Counted from the first letter of the stretch, positions 28,062 to 36,996 are shown. The stretch: 64,000 nucleotides of DNA from Opitutia bacterium (GCA_018668635.1 JABJCN010000092.1:9032-73031), one strand, 5' to 3'. The notes: generated by a model not told the origin, from the sequence alone. Numbers and translations are program-made.

Positions 28062-29123
28062 TTGGTCGCGGACTTTTTTTCCAATCAAGTTGGCATCTGC
28101 GGCTTTTTTTTTTGTTTCCTGATCAGCTTCGGTTCCTTTATCCAAGCAGACCAAGGAGATTTCCTTGATCTACAAAAGAGGGTAATAGCAGTACATAAAC
28201 AACATAGCTCTGCTGTTGTGCGAATAAAGGCACAGAGGGAAGAGTTAAATCCTGCTGAAAGTAAACCTCATCTCCGACTTACCATAGGCTCAGGGTTTTT
28301 CATTAGCAAAGATGGCCATGTTCTCACAAATGGATCACTCATCTATCAAATGGACAAGATTCTCGTGCAGTTCGAGGAATCCCGGGAATTTCCTGCTGAA
28401 GTTGTGGGTAAGGATCTTGTTTCAAATATCGCACTGTTGAAGATTAAAAACCTTCCTAAGGATGCTACATTCGTCCAACTTGATGATTCACCTACGTTGC
28501 CTCAGGTCGGGTACATGGCGCTTGCCTTGACCTGCCCACTTCAATTTTCTGCATCACCGTCACTCGGATTGGTTACCGGGCACGAAAATACCATTGGTCG
28601 GCGAACGTTTCCCACTACTATTCTTAGGACAAATATTCGTGCTTTGCCAGGCGATAGCGGATCACCACTCTTTGGACTTGATGGCAAATTCATCGGCATC
28701 AATGTAGCTTCTATTCAGGAAATTCAGTCTACATGTGTTTTTCCTTCCCGGGCTACCAAGCGTATCCTTGATGACTTGCTTCTTTCAGGGAAGACTGAAT
28801 ATGGCACCATTGGCCTTAAGGTTACCCAACTTCATGATCCTGTTCGTGGGTTTGGCTTGATTGTGACTGATGTCCTTCCAGACCTTCCATCAAAAAATGT
28901 CGGGCTTCAAAAGGATGATTGGATTAAATCTTCCATACAGGGCCCAATCAAGACACTGGGAGATTTACAAAATGCACTTTTCTTTACACGTGTCGGTCAG
29001 TTTCTTAAACTTACTGTCGACCGTGCTGGGAAGAACATAGAGTTCTCTGTTCCTGTTGTGCGCATGAAGCAGCAAACCTCTAACACTTCTCCCAAACAAC
29101 TATCTAAGCCTTCTGGAAATTAG
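28062..29123 (+). CDS. HtrA/DegS-like S1C-fold protein with C-terminal PDZ-like region; catalytic His and Asp apparently substituted
   Basis: Motifs GSGFFISKDGHVLTNGSLI, SNIALLKI and GDSGSPLFGLDGKFIGIN align by eye to DegS GSGVIM..GYIITNKHVI, TDLAVLKI and GNSGGAL. The N-terminus is hydrophobic (GICGFFFCFLISFGSFIQA). The start is a TTG. Confidence 0.8.
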   Translation: MVADFFSNQVGICGFFFCFLISFGSFIQADQGDFLDLQKRVIAVHKQHSSAVVRIKAQREELNPAESKPHLRLTIGSGFFISKDGHVLTNGSLIYQMDKILVQFEESREFPAEVVGKDLVSNIALLKIKNLPKDATFVQLDDSPTLPQVGYMALALTCPLQFSASPSLGLVTGHENTIGRRTFPTTILRTNIRALPGDSGSPLFGLDGKFIGINVASIQEIQSTCVFPSRATKRILDDLLLSGKTEYGTIGLKVTQLHDPVRGFGLIVTDVLPDLPSKNVGLQKDDWIKSSIQGPIKTLGDLQNALFFTRVGQFLKLTVDRAGKNIEFSVPVVRMKQQTSNTSPKQLSKPSGN

Positions 29124-29253
29124 GCTTTTGTTGATTAGATAGTATCAACGCAGCATGTAAAGTGGGGTTGAAACTTTTCCCTAACCTCTTTTTCTCTCCT
29201 TCTAAGTTCACATCTATTCCTAAAAATTTAATCACCAATTCCATCCCACTTAT

Positions 29254-30636
29254 ATGAGAATCGAAAAAGACTCCATGGGCGAAATGGAAGTTCCGGATAA
29301 TGCGCTTTTCGGAGCCTCCACCCAACGAGCAGTCCTTAACTTTCCCATCAGCGGGCATCCTATGCCGACTGCCTTTATTCATGCACTCGGAACCGTGAAA
29401 TGGGCCTGTGCTTCAGCCAATGAAACCTTGGGCCGCCTCTCTGCGGAACAGTCGGCTCTTATACAGTCAGCGTCCCTTGAGGTTGAGAATGGAACGCATG
29501 ATCAACATTTTCCGGTAGACGTTTTTCAAACGGGCTCTGGCACCTCATCGAACATGAATATCAATGAGGTCATTGCCAACTTGGCCAGCCTTGCTTCAGG
29601 AAACCCCATAGGTTCCAAGGAGCCCATTCATCCGAATGACCATGTCAACTTGGGGCAATCGTCCAATGATATAGTCCCCACGGTATTGCATGTTAGCGTT
29701 GCCTTGGCTCTCCGTGAAAAGCTTCTTCCATCGATCGATCATCTTGCGGACCTTTTACATGCCAAGTCCCAGGCTTTTAATGATATTATTAAAATTGGTC
29801 GCACTCACCTTATGGATGCCACGCCCCTTACCTTGGGCCAGGAGTTTTCAGGATATGCCATCCAAGCGAGAAAGGGTGCATCTCGTGTGAAACGCGCTAT
29901 TGACTGTCTTCTTGAGCTTGCAATCGGAGGAACTGCCGTTGGCACGGGGATAAACACCCACCCTGAGTTTGGAAATACTGTCTGCAAAAACCTTGCGGAA
30001 AAGACCGGTCTTAATTTTCGGGAGGCTGAAAATCACTTCGAGGCTCAAGGTGCACGCGATGATTGCGTTGAGGTTGCCGGTCACCTCACTGCCGTTGCCG
30101 CTGCTTTAACCAAGATCGCCAATGACATAAGACTTCTTGGCTCCGGACCCAGAACGGGGATTTCCGAGATCAGCTTGCCTTCCACACAACCCGGTTCATC
30201 AATCATGCCTGGCAAGGTTAATCCTGTCATGAGCGAGATGCTGGTCCAGGCTTGCATCTACGTTCAGGGTCTTTCCCAGTCTGTTGCTATTTGTGGCCGT
30301 GATGGCCATTTTGAGCTGAACGTCACCCTCCCTCTTCTCGCCCATTGTTTGCACGAGTCGATAGAATGTCTATCGAACAGTACCCGAACCTTCGCAGATC
30401 GTTGTGTTGCTGGAATCGAAGCCAATACCACACGTTGCAGGGAACTTGTAGAGCAATCCCTCATGCTAGTTACTGCCCTTAATCCCTACATCGGCTATGA
30501 CAATGCGGCCAAGGTTGCAAAGCAGGCTCATGCAGAGGGGAAAACCTTGAAGGAAGTTGTACTTGAACTCGAACTCCTTGACGAAAAATCGTTGGATCAA
30601 GCTCTTGATCCATCAACCATGGTGAATCCTTCCTAG
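29254..30636 (+). CDS. fumC: Class II fumarate hydratase (aspartate ammonia-lyase is not excluded)
   Basis: 460 aa starting MRIEKDSMGEMEVP. It carries the fumarate-lyase signature GSSIMPGKVNP plus GQSSNDIVPT and TH.MDATP motifs. Confidence 0.85.
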   Translation: MRIEKDSMGEMEVPDNALFGASTQRAVLNFPISGHPMPTAFIHALGTVKWACASANETLGRLSAEQSALIQSASLEVENGTHDQHFPVDVFQTGSGTSSNMNINEVIANLASLASGNPIGSKEPIHPNDHVNLGQSSNDIVPTVLHVSVALALREKLLPSIDHLADLLHAKSQAFNDIIKIGRTHLMDATPLTLGQEFSGYAIQARKGASRVKRAIDCLLELAIGGTAVGTGINTHPEFGNTVCKNLAEKTGLNFREAENHFEAQGARDDCVEVAGHLTAVAAALTKIANDIRLLGSGPRTGISEISLPSTQPGSSIMPGKVNPVMSEMLVQACIYVQGLSQSVAICGRDGHFELNVTLPLLAHCLHESIECLSNSTRTFADRCVAGIEANTTRCRELVEQSLMLVTALNPYIGYDNAAKVAKQAHAEGKTLKEVVLELELLDEKSLDQALDPSTMVNPS

Positions 30637-30663
30637 TTTTTTTATTTATTTCTGGAATTCAAG

Positions 30664-31083
30664 GTGCCAATTTACCAGGAAACCCTTTCTATTTCCACTT
30701 CCGGAAAAGGAACCATTGAAATCACTGCTGAGGTTCAGGATGTCTTAGCCAAAAGTTGTCTGGGAACGGGCACGGTATCCGTTTTTGTTCAGCATACCAG
30801 TTGTAGTCTTGTTATAATGGAAAATGCTGACCCTTCAGCCCGACGTGACCTCGAAGTCTTCATGGATGATCTTGTTCCGGATGACTATCCAAAGTTTATA
30901 CATACGCATGAAGGTCCGGATGATATGCCCAGCCACATCAAGATGGCGCTCACCCGGACCACGGAGGTCATCCCTTTTTCCCATGGTCGACTATGCCTCG
31001 GCACTTGGCAGGGTATCTTTCTGTGGGAGCACCGTGTGCATCCCCACAACCGCCGTATCATCATCTCCCTAAATGGCGAGTGA
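30664..31083 (+). CDS. yjbQ: YjbQ/UPF0047 family protein (secondary thiamine-phosphate synthase-like)
   Basis: 139 aa with a GTG start. Family-typical motifs are VFVQHTSCSLVIMENADP, PDDMPSHIK and LGTWQGIFLWEHR. Confidence 0.85.
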   Translation: MPIYQETLSISTSGKGTIEITAEVQDVLAKSCLGTGTVSVFVQHTSCSLVIMENADPSARRDLEVFMDDLVPDDYPKFIHTHEGPDDMPSHIKMALTRTTEVIPFSHGRLCLGTWQGIFLWEHRVHPHNRRIIISLNGE

Positions 31084-31175
31084 CAGACCTACATAAAGCT
31101 AACCTGTCTGGTGCCGGTGGAATATTCTTAATCTAGGACAACGTTGTATACGTTTTAGAGGCGTCCTCGTTCACA

Positions 31176-31922
31176 TTATTTTTTGACAATCTCAAGTAGT
31201 TCACACTCAAAAATAAGTGCGTCACCAGGTTTTATCTTGCCACCAGGTCGAGGATTATCGCCGTAGCCGAGTTCACTTGGAATGTAGATGCGAACCTTTC
31301 CGCCTACCTTAACCTTGGTCAGTCCACCTGAAAAGCCTTTGATTACTCCTTTCATGGGAAAGCTTGCTGGCTGTCCGCGGTCAACAGAACTGTCAAAGAC
31401 TGTTCCATCAATCAGAGTACCGTGGTAGTGAAGACGCACTGTGTCATCCATTGAGGGTTTGGCGCCTGTACCTTCCTTTAATATTTCAAAATAAAAGCCC
31501 GTAGTGTCTTTTTGAATGCCGTCCTGTTTTTCCAAGGAAGCAAAAAACTTCACCGCTTTTGCCTTATTGATGATCGACGCCTTTGCCCCTTTTGCTGTCT
31601 CGGCTTTCCGTGCAACTTCCATTTTAGCACGCATGATACCTTGGATTTTCGGCTGTAATTTCTGTATGCTGGCTGGCATTTCCTTTAGTTGCATACCTTT
31701 CCGGATGCCTTCTACTATAAGCTCCATCTCCGCTGGGGAAAAATCCATGCGGTTGAGGCCGGAACCTTGCGCAAACATCACGCCAATCGCTTCAAAAACT
31801 TCCTTTTCAGGTGTTTCGTCGCCTTCTTGGGCAAGTGTCGGAGAGGCGATCATGATCGCAGTCAGTGAAAGAATCCCGGCAAATCTATTGCTGGGGCAAA
31901 GCGGTTTCAGGTAGGTGAACAT
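31176..31922 (-). CDS. FKBP-type peptidyl-prolyl cis-trans isomerase (FkpA/Mip-like, exported)
   Basis: The C-terminal FKBP domain reads VRLHYHGTLIDGTVFDSSVDRGQPASFPMKGVIKGFSGGL...YIPSELGYGD...LIFECELLEI. The N-terminus is a signal-like hydrophobic segment. Confidence 0.9.
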   Translation of the reverse strand: MFTYLKPLCPSNRFAGILSLTAIMIASPTLAQEGDETPEKEVFEAIGVMFAQGSGLNRMDFSPAEMELIVEGIRKGMQLKEMPASIQKLQPKIQGIMRAKMEVARKAETAKGAKASIINKAKAVKFFASLEKQDGIQKDTTGFYFEILKEGTGAKPSMDDTVRLHYHGTLIDGTVFDSSVDRGQPASFPMKGVIKGFSGGLTKVKVGGKVRIYIPSELGYGDNPRPGGKIKPGDALIFECELLEIVKK

Positions 31923-32033
31923 TTGGCGAACCTTTGGACTTCCAACCTCGAGTCAACTGGGAAATCACAAGATCATTATTTATCATCAAAATTAAGTCGC
32001 CTTGCCAATCCATTCCTTTTTGAATGCATATTC

Positions 32034-32405
32034 ATGGTTCGAAATACCCGCCAGAGGCGTGCCATCATTCATGCAATTGCACAGGCATGTCGCCCTTTAC
32101 GTCCTTCTGAAATCCTTGAGTACGGCAAGAAACAAGTACCCACCCTAGGGTTAACAACCATTTATCGTAACATCCGGGAAATGGTTGGTGAGGGAAGACT
32201 TGTTCGAGTTGAATATCCCGGCCAACCTCCTCTCTTTGAATTACCAACAGGAAAATCTCTACCCCACTTTGTTTGTCGAGAGTGCCGTCAGGTTTTTTAT
32301 TTTGATCATGAAGCTCCAGATGTTCCTTATGATCCCCCCCGGAATTTTTTAATAGAAGGACAGGAAGTTGTTTTTTACGGGCATTGCCCTGATTGTGCTC
32401 CATAG
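32034..32405 (+). CDS. Fur-family metalloregulator (Fur/Zur/PerR type not resolved)
   Basis: RNTRQRRAIIHAI...LGLTTIYRNIREMVGEGRLVRV forms a winged helix, and two CxxC pairs follow (CRECRQ, CPDCAP). I prefer the ATG at 32034. The ORF-track TTG at 31923 would leave no promoter space next to the divergent FKBP gene. Confidence 0.85.
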   Translation: MVRNTRQRRAIIHAIAQACRPLRPSEILEYGKKQVPTLGLTTIYRNIREMVGEGRLVRVEYPGQPPLFELPTGKSLPHFVCRECRQVFYFDHEAPDVPYDPPRNFLIEGQEVVFYGHCPDCAP

Positions 32406-32420
32406 TTTTCCGTTACTTGC

Positions 32421-32444
32421 TTATTGACAATCAATTGTCAATAA
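32421..32444. promoter_or_regulatory. Perfect 10-4-10 inverted repeat TTATTGACAA-tcaa-TTGTCAATAA; candidate operator between the Fur-family gene and the TonB-dependent receptor
   Basis: Read directly from the sequence: the arms at 32421-32430 and 32435-32444 are exact reverse complements. The repeat lies in the 56-nt gap between the regulator stop (32405) and the receptor ATG (32462). It contains a TTGACA hexamer. Confidence 0.5.
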
Positions 32445-32461
32445 ACTGGTTCCTTCCGTCC

Positions 32462-34333
32462 ATGATTAAACCTAGTTTGCTTTTGACGGTGGGCTTTTTC
32501 ACTTATCGTTTACTCATTGCCCATGATGCACTTCCTGAGCGTGTCACGGTGGCCCATCGTCTAGAGGGAGCCCCGATTAATCTTGGGAGTAGCATCACCC
32601 TTTTTGAACGGGATGAGATACAACTCATGGGGGGTTTGTTCCTGCAGGACGTTCTTCGTTGGAGCCCCGGGGTCAGTATTGCTCGCACAGGTGGCCCTGG
32701 TCAGGAATCCAGGCTTTATTTGCGCGGTGCAGAATCAAGGCACACGCTTATTCTGCTGGATGGTGTTGAGATGCGTAATACAAATAGCGCCGATGGGTTT
32801 GATATCGTTCATTTGCAGACAGGGGATATAGAACGCGTAGAAATTATCCGTGGGCCCCTTAGTACTCTTTACGGAGCAGATGCCATCGGTGGAGTGATCA
32901 ATATAGTGTCCAGCCCATCAGGGGAGCAACCAGATGGTGATTTGACGTTTTCCATTGGCAGCCATGATACATTTACAGGTAGCTTTAGTTCGCGTGGGCG
33001 AAAGGGTCGCATTGGCTATGCACTTAATTCATCCGTTTATGAATCCAATGGATTTTCAGTGGTGACCAATGGTCTGGAGAGTGATTCCTATACGAATACA
33101 TCCACCAGTTTTTCTCTGGATTATGAACTGTCCACTCAGGTGGATCTTCAGTTTTCCACCCGGCTTATAGATACTGAAACTCATTTTGATAATGCGGCAA
33201 CCACTGATGTGGCGAACTTTCTATCCGACCAAATGGATGCCTTCTACCAGTTGCGAATGGACCGCAAGGTCGATGATGAAAATGCATCAGACAGGGTCGC
33301 CTTGACTTACAAAGATTTACAACGAGATAATGTGGCATTCGGCACGGAGTATTTTGCCAGTCAGGCCCGGAAAGTAGAGTGGCAGCACACTCATGTTTTT
33401 GGAGATGATTTGCATATTCTTGGTGGTATCGAATACTTGGCTGAAAAGGGCCAGCAGGAGCTAGATTACGGATTCGGGCCAAGCACTGTTATCAATGATG
33501 CTCTGAGCACCACTGCTGTTTATGGTCAAATGCGTAAATCTGTCGGTAGTGAACTAACCTTGGACCTCGGCGCCCGTGTTGATGATAATAGCGTGCACGG
33601 AACTGAGGGCACTTGGCGGATTGCCACCAACTACCGATTGTCTGAATCTATGCACCTGACAGGTAGCGCGGGTACTGGTTTCTATGCACCTGATGTCTAT
33701 TATCTGGCTTATGCACAGGATCGTAAAACTCTGCGCCCGGAACAGAGTATTGGATACGATATCGGTATTGAGCATCGGTTTTTGGGTAAACGTGCCACAC
33801 TCGGAGTTACCTTTTTCCAAAATGATATTAATAATTTATTCAGTTGGAATTCCGCATTCAGGGTCATCAATGTAAGTGAGGTCGAGACTGGTGGAATAGA
33901 GACTTCGTTTGTTTGGTCACCTGGAGCGCATTGGAAGCTCCTGTTTGATTGGACTCATCTCAAAACCAAGGATCTTTCTACTGGGAAGCAACTTGATTTT
34001 CGACCAGAGGACCAGGTCGCCATTCGTCTTTTTTGGATGCCTTCCGGGAAAAAATATCAGGTTTTTCTCGGAGTGAGGCATCGGTCTGTTCTCTTTAACA
34101 CGTATTCAGACCCCTTGACCTGGAAGACCTTCAATAATTCCGAGCGTAATCCATCTCCTTCAGGCGCAAACTGGGAGGCCTCTGTCCGTTATCAATTATC
34201 AGATAATGCTAGTTTTTTTCTGCGCGTGGAAGACATTTTTAACGAAAAACTGGAGGACATGCGGGATTACAATGGGAATCCCTATGCTGTTTCAGGTCAA
34301 ATATTTCGGGCAGGTGTGAATTGGTTTTTTTGA
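32462..34333 (+). CDS. TonB-dependent outer-membrane receptor (BtuB-sized, substrate unknown)
   Basis: The plug region reads LYLRGAESRHTLILLDGVEMRN...VEIIRGPLSTLYGADAIGGVINIV. The beta-barrel ends in FRAGVNWFF, with a terminal aromatic residue. I prefer the ATG at 32462 (MIKPSLLL...) because the track start at 32393 would overlap the Fur gene and the palindrome. Confidence 0.88.
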   Translation: MIKPSLLLTVGFFTYRLLIAHDALPERVTVAHRLEGAPINLGSSITLFERDEIQLMGGLFLQDVLRWSPGVSIARTGGPGQESRLYLRGAESRHTLILLDGVEMRNTNSADGFDIVHLQTGDIERVEIIRGPLSTLYGADAIGGVINIVSSPSGEQPDGDLTFSIGSHDTFTGSFSSRGRKGRIGYALNSSVYESNGFSVVTNGLESDSYTNTSTSFSLDYELSTQVDLQFSTRLIDTETHFDNAATTDVANFLSDQMDAFYQLRMDRKVDDENASDRVALTYKDLQRDNVAFGTEYFASQARKVEWQHTHVFGDDLHILGGIEYLAEKGQQELDYGFGPSTVINDALSTTAVYGQMRKSVGSELTLDLGARVDDNSVHGTEGTWRIATNYRLSESMHLTGSAGTGFYAPDVYYLAYAQDRKTLRPEQSIGYDIGIEHRFLGKRATLGVTFFQNDINNLFSWNSAFRVINVSEVETGGIETSFVWSPGAHWKLLFDWTHLKTKDLSTGKQLDFRPEDQVAIRLFWMPSGKKYQVFLGVRHRSVLFNTYSDPLTWKTFNNSERNPSPSGANWEASVRYQLSDNASFFLRVEDIFNEKLEDMRDYNGNPYAVSGQIFRAGVNWFF

Positions 34334-34402
34334 GGTCTCATTGCGTTCTTTGTACACCTGATTCAATGCTGAAAATGGCATAATTAATGCTATGTACGCA
34401 AC

Positions 34403-35179
34403 ATGGCCACATATAATTACCTCATTGACCCTATTGGGGCGAACCAGAGCCAGCAAAGTTTTTTCCTACAACAGCTTTCATCTGGTAATCGGGTTTTCAG
34501 CTCTTGGATAGATCCTGGAGGATTGGCAGTTTCAACCAAGTTGGATGCCGCCATCAGTCGTTCTTCCGTAGTTGTCAACAACCTTGCCACGACCAATTCA
34601 TTTCTCCAGACTCAGGATGGTATCTTGCAGTCGGCGAGTGAGATCATTGACCGGATTGGTCAGCTTAAGACCATGTCCGAAGGTGTCTTTGGCGATGTGA
34701 CCGGGGCCTTCCAGACTGAGTTTACCGAGCTGAGCAAACAATTAAGCAATTTAAACACTGAATCTTTTAACGGCGTGCAGATGTTTAGTGACCCAACCGG
34801 CAGTCTGGCTGTCATGGGGAATGAAAGTGGCACTGTCAGCTTTGAGATTTCACAAGCCAACATTGTGTCCTCCGTTTCTGACATTACTTCTCAGGCAAAT
34901 CTGGCTGATGTTACAATGACGAATATTACAGACTCCCTCCAAAATGTAGCCAACCTTCGGGCCACGAACGGTGCCCAGCAGTCAAGGGTTGAAGCTTCCT
35001 TTGACTTGATGAAAGTGAATCATTCCAACTATGCATTGGAATATAGTGCGGTCATGGATTTGGACTGGGCAAAAGCAACGACTGATTTTACCATTGCCAA
35101 TCTTGCTACTGAAACCGGGGCTTCATTATTTTCCAATGCCCTTACTTCTGGGACCACGGTTAATACTCTTTTAAGTTAA
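34403..35179 (+). CDS. Short flagellin/FlgL-family protein (D0/D1-only, divergent)
   Basis: The N-terminal LSSGNRVFSSWIDPGGLAVSTKLDAAI...QTQDGILQSASEIIDRIGQL aligns by eye to flagellin LSSGLRINSAKDDAAGQAIANRF...QTTEGALNEINNNLQRVREL. FNGVQMFSD matches FNGVKVL. The C-terminal LRATNGAQQSRVEASFDLM...SAVMDLDWAKATTDF matches RSDLGAVQNRF...SRIEDSDYATEVSNM. Confidence 0.75.
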   Translation: MATYNYLIDPIGANQSQQSFFLQQLSSGNRVFSSWIDPGGLAVSTKLDAAISRSSVVVNNLATTNSFLQTQDGILQSASEIIDRIGQLKTMSEGVFGDVTGAFQTEFTELSKQLSNLNTESFNGVQMFSDPTGSLAVMGNESGTVSFEISQANIVSSVSDITSQANLADVTMTNITDSLQNVANLRATNGAQQSRVEASFDLMKVNHSNYALEYSAVMDLDWAKATTDFTIANLATETGASLFSNALTSGTTVNTLLS

Positions 35180-35216
35180 CCTTTGTTTCTCTTCATTCCT
35201 GTTTGGTTTTGAAAAT

Positions 35217-35528
35217 CTACTTACCGGGCCAAGTGGTATTTCCATCCTCGTCCCATTCTTTAACCCGTCCGATGGCTTTACCATCCTGTAATCTAGTGCT
35301 CCATGCTTTTCTTCCATTTTTATGATAGCGAACGGCAATGCCTGTAAATGGTAATCCCGAGTCTCGATTGTGCCATAAACCATCTTCTTTGAATTCCATA
35401 TGGAGAAAATTGACTTCATTATGTGAAGGCTCAATCCCATTTTTTTCTTTATATTGTTCACAACCATAAAAGAGGCTTGCCCAAATAAGCATCTGTAACC
35501 AAACAGAAATTGCTTTTGACGCTAACAT
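35217..35528 (-). CDS. Small MORN-variant (YwqK-like) repeat lipoprotein
   Basis: 103 aa with a lipobox-like LFYGC after a hydrophobic N-terminus. The repeats are F.EDGLW.......G..F.G......NG......L.DGK..G..KEWDEDG. Confidence 0.6.
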   Translation of the reverse strand: MLASKAISVWLQMLIWASLFYGCEQYKEKNGIEPSHNEVNFLHMEFKEDGLWHNRDSGLPFTGIAVRYHKNGRKAWSTRLQDGKAIGRVKEWDEDGNTTWPGK

Positions 35529-35573
35529 GGTTTATTGAAATATATTTTTAACCCTACACGCTAGAATAAAATT

Positions 35574-35649
<76 letters not shown>

Positions 35650-35864
35650 ATATAGAAATAAGCATCGTGTCCACTACCCCCCAGCAGGGCGATACCAACA
35701 TTAACAAAAAGTTGGATGAAAAATTGCCTGTCCCTGAATCAAGGAAAAGTTTGAAAGACGGTAACTCCACTCCAAATAATTACTTTCAGCCTTTGGGCTA
35801 TTCCCAGCCTCCCTTCAACCTCTCGCTTAATAAATCCAAGCCCAAGACCGAGGATACCTAATCA

Positions 35865-36758
35865 ATGAAATATTTTCAGTCATTAACTCTTTGCCTTGCA
35901 GTACTATTCCTTACTACCAACTGTGAAAAAGCCCCCGACACTTCAGCCCAAGAACCGCTACAACCCACAAGTTCGGACTCTATTCCGCCGCCTGATGAAG
36001 TGGTTGCGCCTAAACACAGGCCAATTGAACCGTCTTCCACCAATCAGACTCCTTCATCATCGCTTTCTCCGCCCCGGATTTTTGCCAATAGCACCATTGG
36101 CCAGATGCTTAAAGATCGTGTAGGAAAGCCATTCGGCCAACTTACATCAGAAGAATTGGAGGTCTTCACCTCATTGGACCTACAGCAAAAGAAAATTGAT
36201 GATCTTTCTGGTCTTGAGAGACTCCCGAACCTTGAAACCTTAAGTCTCGGTCAAAACCAGATTTCAAGTGTCACTCCATTGGCGGGACTGGAATATCTCA
36301 CGCAGGTGGACATCAGCTCCAACCAAGTTGCTGATGTGACTGCATTGGGAAAAATCCCAAATCTTACCAGTCTTTCTGCAGGAGGGAATCAGATTAAATC
36401 CTTGTCGGGATTGGCTGAATTAAAAAACTTAAAGCATCTGGCTATTTCAGATAATCCGATAACGGAGGCATCCCCCATCGGTAAAATTACTACGCTCCAG
36501 ACCCTACAGCTTTCGAACACAATGATTCGATCTCTTGTCGGTCTTGAAGCCCTATCCTCGCTTGAAGAACTTTATCTAGCCAACACGATGATTCAAGATG
36601 TTACGCCTTTACATTCCTTAAAAAACCTAAAACGCTTAAACCTTCATGGTGCTTTCGTTAGTCTGGAAAAAATTGCGGCATTAAAAGCAGCGGTCCCAGG
36701 TTTGGAAATTGCCCATGATCCTGAACCGCAAACGACACCACCTCCATTGCTACCCTGA
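35865..36758 (+). CDS. Leucine-rich-repeat (internalin-like, about 22-aa LRR) lipoprotein
   Basis: The signal and lipobox read MKYFQSLTLCLAVLFLTTNC. A Pro/Ser-rich linker follows, then about 8 LRRs such as LPNLETLSLGQNQISSVTPLAG, LTSLSAGGNQIKSLSGLAE and LKHLAISDNPITEASPIG. Confidence 0.85.
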   Translation: MKYFQSLTLCLAVLFLTTNCEKAPDTSAQEPLQPTSSDSIPPPDEVVAPKHRPIEPSSTNQTPSSSLSPPRIFANSTIGQMLKDRVGKPFGQLTSEELEVFTSLDLQQKKIDDLSGLERLPNLETLSLGQNQISSVTPLAGLEYLTQVDISSNQVADVTALGKIPNLTSLSAGGNQIKSLSGLAELKNLKHLAISDNPITEASPIGKITTLQTLQLSNTMIRSLVGLEALSSLEELYLANTMIQDVTPLHSLKNLKRLNLHGAFVSLEKIAALKAAVPGLEIAHDPEPQTTPPPLLP

Positions 36759-36996
36759 TTAATTGGGGTCTTTATTTACTTGATTCAATCATAGGATGAA
36801 TCTTGAAGCCATTGGCGGGGGAGAAATTGATGATGTTCTCTGGCAACTTCCATCTGGAAATCGGCCGTCAAGCGGTGGGTATTCCTGTGGCCTTTGATGG
36901 ACTTTTGATTTCAGAACTACTTAAGGAAGTAACGATTGGGGCATTACTTTGGCTTGATGAATTAAGATTTGAAACCCCGAGGACTTGAGTGATATT

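Noticed and set aside
31923-32033. Long N-terminal extensions from the ORF track. They include 31923 for the Fur gene, 32393 for the receptor, 53574 for the MFP, 63395 for VanZ, 55016 for DsbD, 58875 for dnaA and 42288 for the manC-like gene.
   Set aside because: Each extension uses a rare start, overlaps a neighbouring gene or regulatory site, or adds residues before a clear signal peptide or conserved N-terminus. I chose internal ATG starts instead. The true starts still need experimental or comparative support.
32406-32461. A cobalamin riboswitch upstream of the BtuB-sized TonB receptor.
   Set aside because: Only 56 nt are available, which is far shorter than a B12 riboswitch. That space is mostly taken up by a DNA palindrome.
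36803-36988. A 61-aa ORF upstream of the 2-hydroxyacid dehydrogenase gene.
   Set aside because: It has a TTG start and no recognisable motif. It may be a real small protein, but the sequence alone does not support calling it.
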